Of a stretch of 64,000 bases of DNA, positions 28,526 to 37,122 are shown one piece after another (position 1 is the first letter of the stretch; every line of letters begins with the position of its first letter). The notes under the pieces are model-generated. The model saw only the letters and a program-made list of their open reading frames with translations, ran no database searches and was not told where the DNA came from. Made by a program: the position numbers and the translations under genes. Origin of the DNA: Myxococcota bacterium (GTDB taxonomy: Bacteria > Myxococcota_A > UBA796 > CAJQPC01); contig JAZAMN010000071.1 in NCBI GenBank assembly GCA_036229005.1, positions 179,388-243,387 on the forward strand. The letters are read 5' to 3'.

Positions 28526-29236
28526 TTGCGCGGCGCCTCTGCGCGTCTGGGGATCGTGGACCTCCCCCCCGAACACCGGGCCCGCAGCCTGGCGGTGATT
28601 CTGGGAGAGGAGGGGCTGGCACCGGACGCCACACTGCTGCCCCCCACCACCCCAGACCCTGGCCCCGACGGCCTCTCTGCCCTGGTCTCCACCGTCGAGG
28701 TCACCCTGGCGCAGACCCCGGATGTCCTGCTCATCAACCTGAGCCTGGACGACCGCTACCCCGTGATCCAGTCCCGCGCGGTGCGCGCCGTCCTGCGCCG
28801 GGCCTGGGACGCGGGGTGCCTGCCCATTGTGGCTGCTGGGAACGCCCAGCATGACCTCGCCGATGCCCGGGATCTGGAGAGCGGGCGCGCGCTCCAGGGT
28901 GTCCCGGAGGTGCAGGACCCGAGCTGGCTGCTGGTCGGCGCCCTTCACCCCCAGAGCGGCGCGGCGATGGGCACCACCGGCCCGGGCGTGCACTGCCGGC
29001 ACTGGGGCCACAACGTCAAAGTGCCGGGGATTCGCCGATTCTCCGGGAGCTCGGCAGCGGCGGCGGTGGTGACGGGCCTGGCCCTGCTGCTGGTCGACGG
29101 GATGCGCGCGCAGGGGCAGGTCTGGACCCCGCGAAGCCTCAGGGACACCCTCGCGGATCCCCGCAGCCAGGACCCCCACGGCATGCCCATCCTGCAACGC
29201 CTGCTGACTGCGTGTGGCCTTGACGCGGCGGCGTGA
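28526..29236 (+). CDS. Minimal S8 subtilase-like serine protease (true start probably upstream, ~28463-28475)
   Basis: GIVD (Asp), EHRARSLAVILG..GLAPDA (His region), INLSL, VAAGN (oxyanion Asn) and FSGSSAAAAVVTG (Ser). Confidence 0.68.
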   Translation: MRGASARLGIVDLPPEHRARSLAVILGEEGLAPDATLLPPTTPDPGPDGLSALVSTVEVTLAQTPDVLLINLSLDDRYPVIQSRAVRAVLRRAWDAGCLPIVAAGNAQHDLADARDLESGRALQGVPEVQDPSWLLVGALHPQSGAAMGTTGPGVHCRHWGHNVKVPGIRRFSGSSAAAAVVTGLALLLVDGMRAQGQVWTPRSLRDTLADPRSQDPHGMPILQRLLTACGLDAAA

Positions 29237-29273
29237 ATAGACGCAAGCCCCCCAACACCTGGAGAGGGGTTCC

Positions 29274-31034
29274 ATGCTCAAGAACGTCCGCCGCACCCAC
29301 ATGTGTGGGCAGCTCCGCGAAGATTCCATCGGCCAGAAGGTCCTGCTGCAGGGCTGGGCGCAGAAGGCCCGAGATCTGGGCGGCGTGGCCTTCATCGACC
29401 TGCGCGACCGGGCCGGCTTCGTGCAGATCACGGTGGACGAGCGCTCCCCCGCCTCCGCCCACGAGTCCGCCGGGACCGTGCGCCAGGAGTACGTGATCGA
29501 GGTCGAGGGCACCGTGCACGCGCGCACCAAGCCCAACTCCAAGATCCCCACCGGCGCGATCGAGGTCGTGGCCGACAAGATCACCGTGCTCTCCAAGACC
29601 GAGCCCCTGCCCTTCGCCCTGGAGGGCGAGGCCCACGAAGAGACCCGCCTGACCTGGCGCTTTCTGGACCTGCGCCGCCCCCACCTGCAGGACAAGCTGA
29701 TCAAGCGCCACCGGGCCGCCCAGGCCGCCCGCCGCTTCCTGGACGGCCACGGCTTCCTGGAGGTCGAGACCCCCATCCTGAACCGCAGCACGCCGGAAGG
29801 CGCCCGCGACTACCTGGTGCCCAGCCGCGTGCACCCCGGTCAGTGGTACGCGCTGCCCCAGAGCCCCCAGCTCTTCAAGCAGATCCTGATGGTGGCCGGC
29901 ATGGACCGCTACTTCCAGATCGTGAAGTGCTTCCGGGACGAGGACCTGCGCGCTGACCGCCAGCCCGAGTTCACCCAGATCGACATCGAGATGTCCTTCC
30001 CCACCGCCGACACCGTGATGGAGGTCGCCGAGGGCGTCGCCCGCGCCATGTGGCAGGAGGTCCGCGGCGAGGACATCGGCAGCGTGCCCCGCCTGAGCTT
30101 CGCCGACGCCATCGCGCGCTTTGGCGTGGACAACCCCGACCTGCGCTTCGGCATGGAGCACAAGGACATCAGCGACGTGGTGGCCGAGTCCGAGTCCAAG
30201 GTGGTCCAGGGCGGCCTGGCTGACGGCGGCATCGCCAAGGCCTTCTGCGTGCCCGGCGGCGCGGCCCAGTCCCGCAAGGTCCTGGACAAGTGGACCGAGT
30301 TCGTCCGCCGCTACGGCATGGGCGGGCTGATGTGGGCCAAGGTCGGCGATGATGGCTGGAGCGGCTCCGCCAAGAAGCTCTTCTCCGACGAGGAGAAGGC
30401 CGCCATCGCCCAGGTGCTGGAGGCCGGAACCGGCGATCTGGTGCTCATCGGCGTCGGCAAGCCCGAGCACGTCAACCCCGGCCTGGGGCGCCTGCGCCGC
30501 CACATCGGCCTGGAGCTGGACATGGCCGAGCCCGGCAAGTTCGCGTTCTGCTGGGTCACCGACTTCCCCGCCTTCGAGTGGGACGAGGACTCGGGCCGCT
30601 GGACCAGCACCCACCACCCCTTCACCTCGCCCCGCGCCGACGGCATCGAGCTCTTCGGCACCGGCCGCGAGAACGAGATCATGACCGACGCCTACGACCT
30701 GGTGTGCAACGGCTACGAGATCGCGGGCGGCTCCATCCGTATCCACGACTCCGAAGTGCAGTCCAAGGTCTTCACCGCCCTGGGCATCGACGCGGAAGAG
30801 GCCGAGACCCGCTTTGGCTTCCTGCTGGGCGCTCTGCGGCACGGCGCGCCCCCCCACGGCGGCATCGCCTTCGGCTTCGACCGCTCGGTCATGCTGCTCA
30901 CCGACACGGACAACATCCGCGACGTGATCGCCTTCCCCAAGACCACGAAGGCGCAGGATCTGATGGCCCAGGCCCCCAGCGGCGTGGACGCCGAGCAGCT
31001 CGCTGAGCTCTTCGTGAAGAACACGGTCGACTGA
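29274..31034 (+). CDS. aspS: Aspartyl-tRNA synthetase
   Basis: RTHMCGQL, FIDLRDR, PEGARDYLVPSR, LPQSPQLFKQ, FRDEDLRADRQPEFTQID and GAPPHGG motifs. Confidence 0.98.
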   Translation: MLKNVRRTHMCGQLREDSIGQKVLLQGWAQKARDLGGVAFIDLRDRAGFVQITVDERSPASAHESAGTVRQEYVIEVEGTVHARTKPNSKIPTGAIEVVADKITVLSKTEPLPFALEGEAHEETRLTWRFLDLRRPHLQDKLIKRHRAAQAARRFLDGHGFLEVETPILNRSTPEGARDYLVPSRVHPGQWYALPQSPQLFKQILMVAGMDRYFQIVKCFRDEDLRADRQPEFTQIDIEMSFPTADTVMEVAEGVARAMWQEVRGEDIGSVPRLSFADAIARFGVDNPDLRFGMEHKDISDVVAESESKVVQGGLADGGIAKAFCVPGGAAQSRKVLDKWTEFVRRYGMGGLMWAKVGDDGWSGSAKKLFSDEEKAAIAQVLEAGTGDLVLIGVGKPEHVNPGLGRLRRHIGLELDMAEPGKFAFCWVTDFPAFEWDEDSGRWTSTHHPFTSPRADGIELFGTGRENEIMTDAYDLVCNGYEIAGGSIRIHDSEVQSKVFTALGIDAEEAETRFGFLLGALRHGAPPHGGIAFGFDRSVMLLTDTDNIRDVIAFPKTTKAQDLMAQAPSGVDAEQLAELFVKNTVD

Positions 31035-31093
31035 TCGCTTCGCGCATCGGCGCACAGGGGCCTCCAGGTACACTGGTCTCAAGGAGGTCCCTC

Positions 31094-31801
31094 ATGCGCC
31101 GACTGCTCGCCCCCACCACCCTGACCGTCATGGCCCTCTTCACCCTGGCCTGCGCTCTGGGTGCAGACGAGGACATCGAGGGCGACGTCGCCGGGGAGTG
31201 CTCCGACGGCGCCGACAACGACGCGGACGGCTACTTCGACTGCGACGACAACGACTGCTGGGGCGCCCCCGACTGCGACGAAGACCAGACGAGCAACAGC
31301 GACGACACCGGCAGCGGCGGGGACGACACCGGAAGCGGCGGGGACGACACCGGCAACAGCGGGGATCCCGTGGGCGCCAAGTGGACCGGCCTGCAGGTCG
31401 TCTACACCCTGGAGTGGGAGTTCACCCTGCCCGTCACCGGCCTGAGCGACTGCACGCAGGTCTTCGAGGGCAGCGGCACCCAGACCCGGGTGGACAGCAG
31501 CGGCCCGCACTTCGACGGCACCTGGGAGCTGGTCGAGAGCGACTGCGAGCCCGCCCTGGACGACGCCATCTGGACCCCCGACGACGGCGAGGGTGTGCAC
31601 AGCGTCGAGCTCTCGGGCGACGACGGCCCCTGGACCGCCTGGTGGGTGCGCGCGCCCAGCGGGGACGGGGAGTTCGGCGTCTACGACTTCACCGAGGTCC
31701 TGGAGTCCGGCGTGGGCCGCTACCAGGAAGACGAGGCCGCCGACGCGGCGGTGCCTGGGCTGGTCTTCCACCACGATCTCGAGCTCGTCCTGGAAGACTG
31801 A
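31094..31801 (+). CDS. Acidic lipoprotein with a Cys/Asp-rich putative metal-binding motif
   Basis: Lipobox TLAC, ECSDGADNDADGYFDCDDNDC, a DDTGSGG linker and AGGAGG RBS. Confidence 0.78.
   Translation: MRRLLAPTTLTVMALFTLACALGADEDIEGDVAGECSDGADNDADGYFDCDDNDCWGAPDCDEDQTSNSDDTGSGGDDTGSGGDDTGNSGDPVGAKWTGLQVVYTLEWEFTLPVTGLSDCTQVFEGSGTQTRVDSSGPHFDGTWELVESDCEPALDDAIWTPDDGEGVHSVELSGDDGPWTAWWVRAPSGDGEFGVYDFTEVLESGVGRYQEDEAADAAVPGLVFHHDLELVLED
31301..31363 (+). repeat. Intragenic 21-bp tandem repeat x3 (DDTGSGG linker)
   Basis: GACGACACCGGCAGCGGCGGG-type units at 31301, 31322 and 31343. Confidence 0.85.
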
Positions 31802-32392
31802 GTGCTGCTGCTGCTCACCGCCTGCCTGGCCGCGGTCCACCCCATCCCGGGCACCCAGCCCCAGCAGCTCCTGGGCCAGGTCGCCTTCGAGCTGCCCCAG
31901 GACTGGGAGGTCGTGGTCAACAACCGCGCCTTCGGCAACCACCACGTGCTGCTGCGCAGCCCGCCCGCCCAGCAGGCCGTGGTCACCATCGATCTGGTGC
32001 GCGAGGGCCGGCGCACCCGCGAGCTGGACCTGCGCATCGTCGCGGAGACCTACGCCCTGGACCGCGGCCGCAGCCTGGACATCGAGGCCAAGCTGCTGGC
32101 CCACCACCAACTCGAGGTCGCCGACCGGGAGGCCTGGGCCGTCACCGTACAGCGCCGCCACGGCCCCAACGAGCAGCTCGCCAGCACCGTCGCCCTGCGG
32201 GGCAGCGAGCACCTGGCCCTGCTCACCCTGAGCACCCCCCTGGAGGCCGGTGTCGCCGCCGCCGTGCCCTGGGGGCAGATCCTGGACTCCTTCGCCCTGC
32301 CCGGCGACCCCGTGGACCCCAACGCCCCCATCTTCCCCCGGGACGCCGAGCTGGAGAACGAGCTGGACGGCCTGCCCTCGGGGGGCCTCTGA
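31802..32392 (+). CDS. Hypothetical lipoprotein
   Basis: MLLLLTAC start immediately after the upstream stop; coding codon bias. Confidence 0.65.
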   Translation: MLLLLTACLAAVHPIPGTQPQQLLGQVAFELPQDWEVVVNNRAFGNHHVLLRSPPAQQAVVTIDLVREGRRTRELDLRIVAETYALDRGRSLDIEAKLLAHHQLEVADREAWAVTVQRRHGPNEQLASTVALRGSEHLALLTLSTPLEAGVAAAVPWGQILDSFALPGDPVDPNAPIFPRDAELENELDGLPSGGL

Positions 32393-32399
32393 ACCCCCG

Positions 32400-33479
32400 A
32401 TGAGCCAGCGCCTCTACCACGTCCAGGACCCCGGTCCCCTGCGCCTGGCCCGCAACAGCGAGGGCGCGCTCTGCTGCCTGTGGATGGGCCTGCCGCCCCC
32501 GCGCTCCCCGGCCCACCGAGGCCTCGCGCTGCGCCTGGACACCGGCCTCTACGACGGCCAGCCCGCCTGGCTGGAGCACTGCCCCGACGGCCCCTCCATC
32601 GCCCAGCTCGCCGAGCACCTGGACCCCGCCCAGTGGGCCATGCTCTTCCAGGACCTCGCCGAAGCCCTGGACGCCCTGCACCGCGGGGACCTGCACCACG
32701 GCGCGCTGGACCTGCACCACGCCCGCGTGGACCCCACCGGCCAGGCCCGCCTGCTGGGGGTGGGTGTACAGGGCGGCGACGCGGACAGCGACATCTGGGC
32801 GCTGATCGGCCTGCTCACCGAGCACTGGCCGGAGAGCGCCCCGCCCCTGCCCTCGCTGGGGGACGACGCACAGGACGTGGGGGAGGCGATGGAGGAGATC
32901 CTGGCCCTGCACTACCCCGCAGCCTCCCGCGCCAGCCTCTCGGCCCTCTCCACCCGGATGAGACCTGGATCCGGCGTCGAGGTCCTGCCGTGGCAGTCCG
33001 CCGGCTTCGACGAGGTCGGCATGGAGCTGGGCGAGGAGCGCGGCCACGGCGGCCTGCTGGACTTCTGGTCCACCGGGCGCTCGCGCTCCGGGGCCTTCAC
33101 GGGCGCGGTCGAGGGCACCCTCCCCGAGGCCGACCTCCACGAGGTCCCTGGACGCGGCGCCATCCTGGCCCGCCTGCTGGCGCCGCCCCAGGTGACGCCA
33201 GACCCGGAGCGCTTCGCGGCCATCGAGGGCCAGCCCCTGCAAGCCCTCAAGGCGCTGCTGGCCGAAGAGCCCCTGGATCCCGTGCCCGTCTGCGAGGGCC
33301 CCCGCCTGGGTCAGACCCTGCAGGCCGCCACCCCCGACGACGAACCGGCGGGCCCCACCACGGTGACCTCGCTGCCGGTGCGCGAGGAGGTCTCGCGCGG
33401 GATGCTGCTGCTCTTTGGGCTGGTGGGCCTCGCGCTGGTCCTCGGTGCCCTCGCCCTCACCATCGCGCTGCTGCGCTGA
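32400..33479 (+). CDS. Degenerate protein-kinase-fold (pseudokinase) protein with a C-terminal TM anchor
   Basis: ALDALHRGDLHHGALDLHHARV..G.ARLLGVG and SDIWAL match kinase subdomains VIa-IX but lack HRD and DFG. Confidence 0.62.
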   Translation: MSQRLYHVQDPGPLRLARNSEGALCCLWMGLPPPRSPAHRGLALRLDTGLYDGQPAWLEHCPDGPSIAQLAEHLDPAQWAMLFQDLAEALDALHRGDLHHGALDLHHARVDPTGQARLLGVGVQGGDADSDIWALIGLLTEHWPESAPPLPSLGDDAQDVGEAMEEILALHYPAASRASLSALSTRMRPGSGVEVLPWQSAGFDEVGMELGEERGHGGLLDFWSTGRSRSGAFTGAVEGTLPEADLHEVPGRGAILARLLAPPQVTPDPERFAAIEGQPLQALKALLAEEPLDPVPVCEGPRLGQTLQAATPDDEPAGPTTVTSLPVREEVSRGMLLLFGLVGLALVLGALALTIALLR

Positions 33480-33512
33480 GAGCGGGCCCCAGATCCCAGA
33501 GCGGTGGGCCCA

Positions 33513-34709
33513 TCAGCGCTTGGCGCCGCCCCGTCCTCCCTTGCCCTTCTTCTTGCCCTTGGACGCACCCTTGGGCTTGGGGGGCGGGCGCTTGTTGACG
33601 GGCCGCTCGGGGTAGACCTCGTGCACCCACTTGCGGAAGGTCTCGAACTCGCCGTCCAGGATGGACTGCCGCATGCGGGCCATGAAGTTGGCGAACCAGG
33701 TCAGGTTGTGGATGGTCGCCAGGGTGGCGCCGAACACCTCGCCCACCTTGAAGAGGTGGTGGATGTACGCGCGGGTGAACTTGGTGCAGGCGTAGCAGGA
33801 GCAGGTCGCGTCCGGCGGGTACATGTCCCGCTTGTAGCGGCTGTCGGTGATCCGGATGCGCCCGCGGTCGGTGTAGAACATGCCGCTGCGGGCGTGCCGG
33901 GTCTGGATCACGCAGTCGAACATGTCGATGCCGCGGGCCACGCCCTCGACCAGGTCCAGGGGCCGGCCGACGCCCATCAGGTAGCGGGGCGCATCCTTGG
34001 GCATGTGGGGGGTGGTGTAGTCCAGGACCTCGACCATCACCGAGTGCCCCTCGCCGACGCTCAGACCGCCGATGGCGTAGCCGTCAAAGCCGATCTCCTG
34101 GATCTGCTCGGCCGAGCGCTGACGGAGGTCAGGGTAGAAGCCCCCCTGGACGATGCCGAAGAGGCTCTGGTCCGGGCGGGTGTGGGCCTCCTTGGAGCGC
34201 CGCTCCCAGCGGGTGGTGCGGGCGACCGAGGCCTCGGTGTACTGGCGGTCGGTGCCAAAGGCCAGGCACTCGTCAAAGACCATCGCGATGTCGGCGCCCA
34301 GCTTCTGCTGGATGTCCATGGAGGTCTCGGGGGACAGGAAAGTCCGCCTGCCATCGACCTCATAGGTGAATGTCACGCCGTCTTCGTTCACGGACTTCTT
34401 GTCCAGCGAGAAGACCTGGAAGCCGCCCGAGTCGGTCAGGATGGGCAGCTCCACCTGCATCATGTCGTGCAGGCCGCCGTGCTTGGCGACCAGGTCTTCG
34501 CCCGGCCGCTGGTGCAGGTGGTAGGTGTTCGCCAGGATGATCTGCGACCCCGTCTGCGCCAGGTGCATCGGAGAGAGCGTCCGGATCGCCCCCTGCGTGC
34601 CCACGGGCATGAACACCGGGGTCTGGATGGTCCCCCGGTTGAGAGTCAAGGTTGCAGCACGCGCCTGGCCGGCGGTGCCCTGGATCTTGAAGTCGACGGG
34701 ACAGGTCAT
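33513..34709 (-). CDS. tgt: tRNA-guanine transglycosylase
   Basis: TPVFMPVGT, ANTYHL, TDSGGFQVFSL, FDEC, GIVQGG, GGLSVGE, YLMGVG and a CxCxxC zinc site. Start at ATG 34709. Confidence 0.96.
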   Translation of the reverse strand: MTCPVDFKIQGTAGQARAATLTLNRGTIQTPVFMPVGTQGAIRTLSPMHLAQTGSQIILANTYHLHQRPGEDLVAKHGGLHDMMQVELPILTDSGGFQVFSLDKKSVNEDGVTFTYEVDGRRTFLSPETSMDIQQKLGADIAMVFDECLAFGTDRQYTEASVARTTRWERRSKEAHTRPDQSLFGIVQGGFYPDLRQRSAEQIQEIGFDGYAIGGLSVGEGHSVMVEVLDYTTPHMPKDAPRYLMGVGRPLDLVEGVARGIDMFDCVIQTRHARSGMFYTDRGRIRITDSRYKRDMYPPDATCSCYACTKFTRAYIHHLFKVGEVFGATLATIHNLTWFANFMARMRQSILDGEFETFRKWVHEVYPERPVNKRPPPKPKGASKGKKKGKGGRGGAKR

Positions 34710-34825
34710 GACCGCCGACCTAACCCGACCCTCTGTCATCGGCTTGACGTGGTCGGCCCACGGCGGAGCCGATCGCAGGTATAGTTGGCCGTCCGAGCCC
34801 CCCGAGATTCTAGGACCCGCCCACC

Positions 34826-36334
34826 ATGGCATCCTCCGGCCGCTCCAGGCCCGCCCCATTCCAGAGCGGCACGCCCGTCGGCGAACACTTCCGCGTGGAG
34901 GCCCTGGTCCGCCTCTCCGAAGGCCGGATGTTCTACCTGGTGACCGACGACCGCTCGGAGAAGCCCACCCGGCGCTGCTGGGACTGCGGGCACTCCGACT
35001 CGCCCCGCACCGCCGAGGCCTGCGCCGGCTGCGGGACCCCCTTCCAGCCACGCACGCAGTTCCTGATGTCGGTGCGCTGGGCCCCGGACACCTTCTCGCC
35101 CTACCAGCGCTTCTTCGAGAAGGGCCTGCGCCACCCCGGCCTGCTGCCCCCCGACGACTGCTTCATCCACGCCGGCCTGCTCTGCAGCGTGGTCCGCTAC
35201 CGGGGTGAGTCCCTGATGCTGGACGAGGCCGCGCCGCTCTCCGCCCGCGGGGTCATCCACCTGGGCCAGCGCTTCGCCGGGATGCTCGCGTCCCTGCACT
35301 ACAAGGGCGTCTCCCTGGCCTCCATGACCCGCGCCAACGTGCTGCTGCGTCGAGCCGAGAACCGCCTGCTGCTCTTCGACCCCGACGTCTCCCAGGTCTA
35401 CGACGGGCCCGTCCCCGAAGCCGAGCGCGGCAAGGAGCTGCGGGCTCTGGGGCGCATGCTGCGGCGCTACACCCCCGTCAACGCCAACCGGCTCGCGGAC
35501 TTCTTCGCCATGACCGAGCAGGGTGCGTTCGCCAGCCCGCTGGAGTTCGGCAGGGCCATCGAGAAGCAGTTCGACGCCTTCGTCGATCACGAGTCACCGC
35601 CGGGCATCGCGGCCATGACCGACGTCGGACTGGCCCGCTCCCTGAACGAGGACAACTGGTCCTGGACCCAGCTCTCGGACGACACCTTCCTGTACGTCGT
35701 CGCCGACGGCATGGGCGGACACGACTCCGGCGAGGTCGCCTCGGAGCTGGCCAGCTCCACCATCTGCCGCGTGGCCCGCGAGCGCATGGCCGCCAAGCCC
35801 GACATGGGCGACGAGGCCCTGGAGAACCTCCTGGACGAGGCCTTCCAGAAGGCCAACAACACGGTCAAGGAGACCGCCGAGGCGCGGGGCAACGACATGG
35901 GCACCACCCTGGTGGCCCTGCTGGTCCGCGGGCGCACCGTGTTCATGGCCAACGTCGGCGACTCCCGCGGCTACCTCTTCCGCGACCAGGAGCTGCACCA
36001 GGTCTCCAAGGACCACTCGCTGGTCTCCAAGATGGTCGAGCAGGGCCGCATCACGGCCGAAGAGGCCCGCACCCACCCCCACAGCAACATCCTGCTGCGC
36101 ACCGTGGGCACCGAGCGGGACGTCGAGATCGACATCTTCCGCGTCCAGGCCCAGCCGGGTGACCGCTTCCTGCTCAACTCCGATGGGCTCTGGGGCGAGG
36201 TCGAGGACGCGCGCATCCAGGAGCTGATGCGCCAGTACGACGACCCGCGCATCTGCGCCCGGGAGCTGGTCCGGGCCGCCCACCACGGCGGCGGCAAGGA
36301 CAACGTCACCCTGATGATCGTGACCGTCCCCTAG
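34826..36334 (+). CDS. PP2C Ser/Thr phosphatase with an N-terminal zinc ribbon and degenerate kinase-like domain
   Basis: CWDC...CAGC ribbon. PP2C motifs TDVG..R..NED, VADGMGGH..GEVAS, MGTT, NVGDSR, SDGL and GGKDNVT. Confidence 0.9.
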   Translation: MASSGRSRPAPFQSGTPVGEHFRVEALVRLSEGRMFYLVTDDRSEKPTRRCWDCGHSDSPRTAEACAGCGTPFQPRTQFLMSVRWAPDTFSPYQRFFEKGLRHPGLLPPDDCFIHAGLLCSVVRYRGESLMLDEAAPLSARGVIHLGQRFAGMLASLHYKGVSLASMTRANVLLRRAENRLLLFDPDVSQVYDGPVPEAERGKELRALGRMLRRYTPVNANRLADFFAMTEQGAFASPLEFGRAIEKQFDAFVDHESPPGIAAMTDVGLARSLNEDNWSWTQLSDDTFLYVVADGMGGHDSGEVASELASSTICRVARERMAAKPDMGDEALENLLDEAFQKANNTVKETAEARGNDMGTTLVALLVRGRTVFMANVGDSRGYLFRDQELHQVSKDHSLVSKMVEQGRITAEEARTHPHSNILLRTVGTERDVEIDIFRVQAQPGDRFLLNSDGLWGEVEDARIQELMRQYDDPRICARELVRAAHHGGGKDNVTLMIVTVP

Positions 36335-37101
36335 ACCGGCTGGGCGGTCCCCGGCGCGTCCCGCGCCACCACGAACCAGGCCACCGCGAACGCCACCATC
36401 CCGGCGCCCGCCCAGGGTCCCCAGCGCCGCCGCACCAGCGCCGGGGGCGGCGGCTGGAAGTCCACCTGCGTGGTGCGCCCCGGGACCACCTGCACGACCA
36501 GCAGGTGCTGCCCGCCCTGCGGGTCCTCCATGCCCAGGGTGTGCTTGCCCCCCTCCACCTTGGGCAGGCTCAGCGCCCCGCCCACCTCGCCCAGCGACTC
36601 GCCGTCCAAGCTCATCCGCACCCCCACCGGCGCGTTGACCAGCAGCCCCCCGTCGGCAAAGAACGCGTCCTCCAGGATGTCGATGGGCGCCCCGCCACCT
36701 CGCGGCAGGGTGCTCAGGTAGCCCCGCGGCGCATCGGGCGTGGCCGCGTCCCAGACCCGCAGGTGTCCGGTCGGTGCCTCGGCGCTCCCCGCCACCTCCA
36801 GCACCAGGAGCTGGTCCACCGCCAGCTCCTGCGTCAGCGCCCCCCAGCACGCCGCGTCCTCGCCGCAGCGCCCCGCCAGCGCGGCGGGCTCCAGGCCCGT
36901 GCGCGCCTCCACCACCACATCGTCCAGCACCAGGTAGCGGCCTGAGCCCTGGAGCAGCGCCAGGGTGTCCGTGCGCGTGCTGGCGACCACCGGGCGGGGG
37001 GTCTCGGGGGCTCCCTCCACCAGCAGCGCGGCGCGCACCTTGAGCTGCGGCGCGGCCAGCGCGGGGGTGTGGGCCAGGGCGATCGCGAGCAGAGCCGACA
37101 T
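36331..37101 (-). CDS. Exported protein with a PEGA-like domain and C-terminal TM helix
   Basis: Signal peptide, LLVNAPVGVRMSLDGESLG...GKHTL...VVPGRTT and a hydrophobic tail. Confidence 0.68.
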   Translation of the reverse strand: MSALLAIALAHTPALAAPQLKVRAALLVEGAPETPRPVVASTRTDTLALLQGSGRYLVLDDVVVEARTGLEPAALAGRCGEDAACWGALTQELAVDQLLVLEVAGSAEAPTGHLRVWDAATPDAPRGYLSTLPRGGGAPIDILEDAFFADGGLLVNAPVGVRMSLDGESLGEVGGALSLPKVEGGKHTLGMEDPQGGQHLLVVQVVPGRTTQVDFQPPPPALVRRRWGPWAGAGMVAFAVAWFVVARDAPGTAQPV

Positions 37102-37122
37102 CAGGCGCTACGCTATCCCGCC

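Noticed and set aside
31301..31363. 21-bp tandem repeat as a phase-variation or contingency locus
   Set aside because: It is an in-frame low-complexity linker typical of acidic lipoproteins, and the copies have already diverged.
24727..34709. QueC-like protein plus TGT as a 7-deazaguanine DNA-modification or Qat/CBASS-type defence system
   Set aside because: The tgt has canonical tRNA-TGT motifs, lies 8 kb away on the other strand near aspS, and no dpd, qat or cyclase partners are visible. The PP-loop protein lacks QueC's C-terminal Cys cluster.
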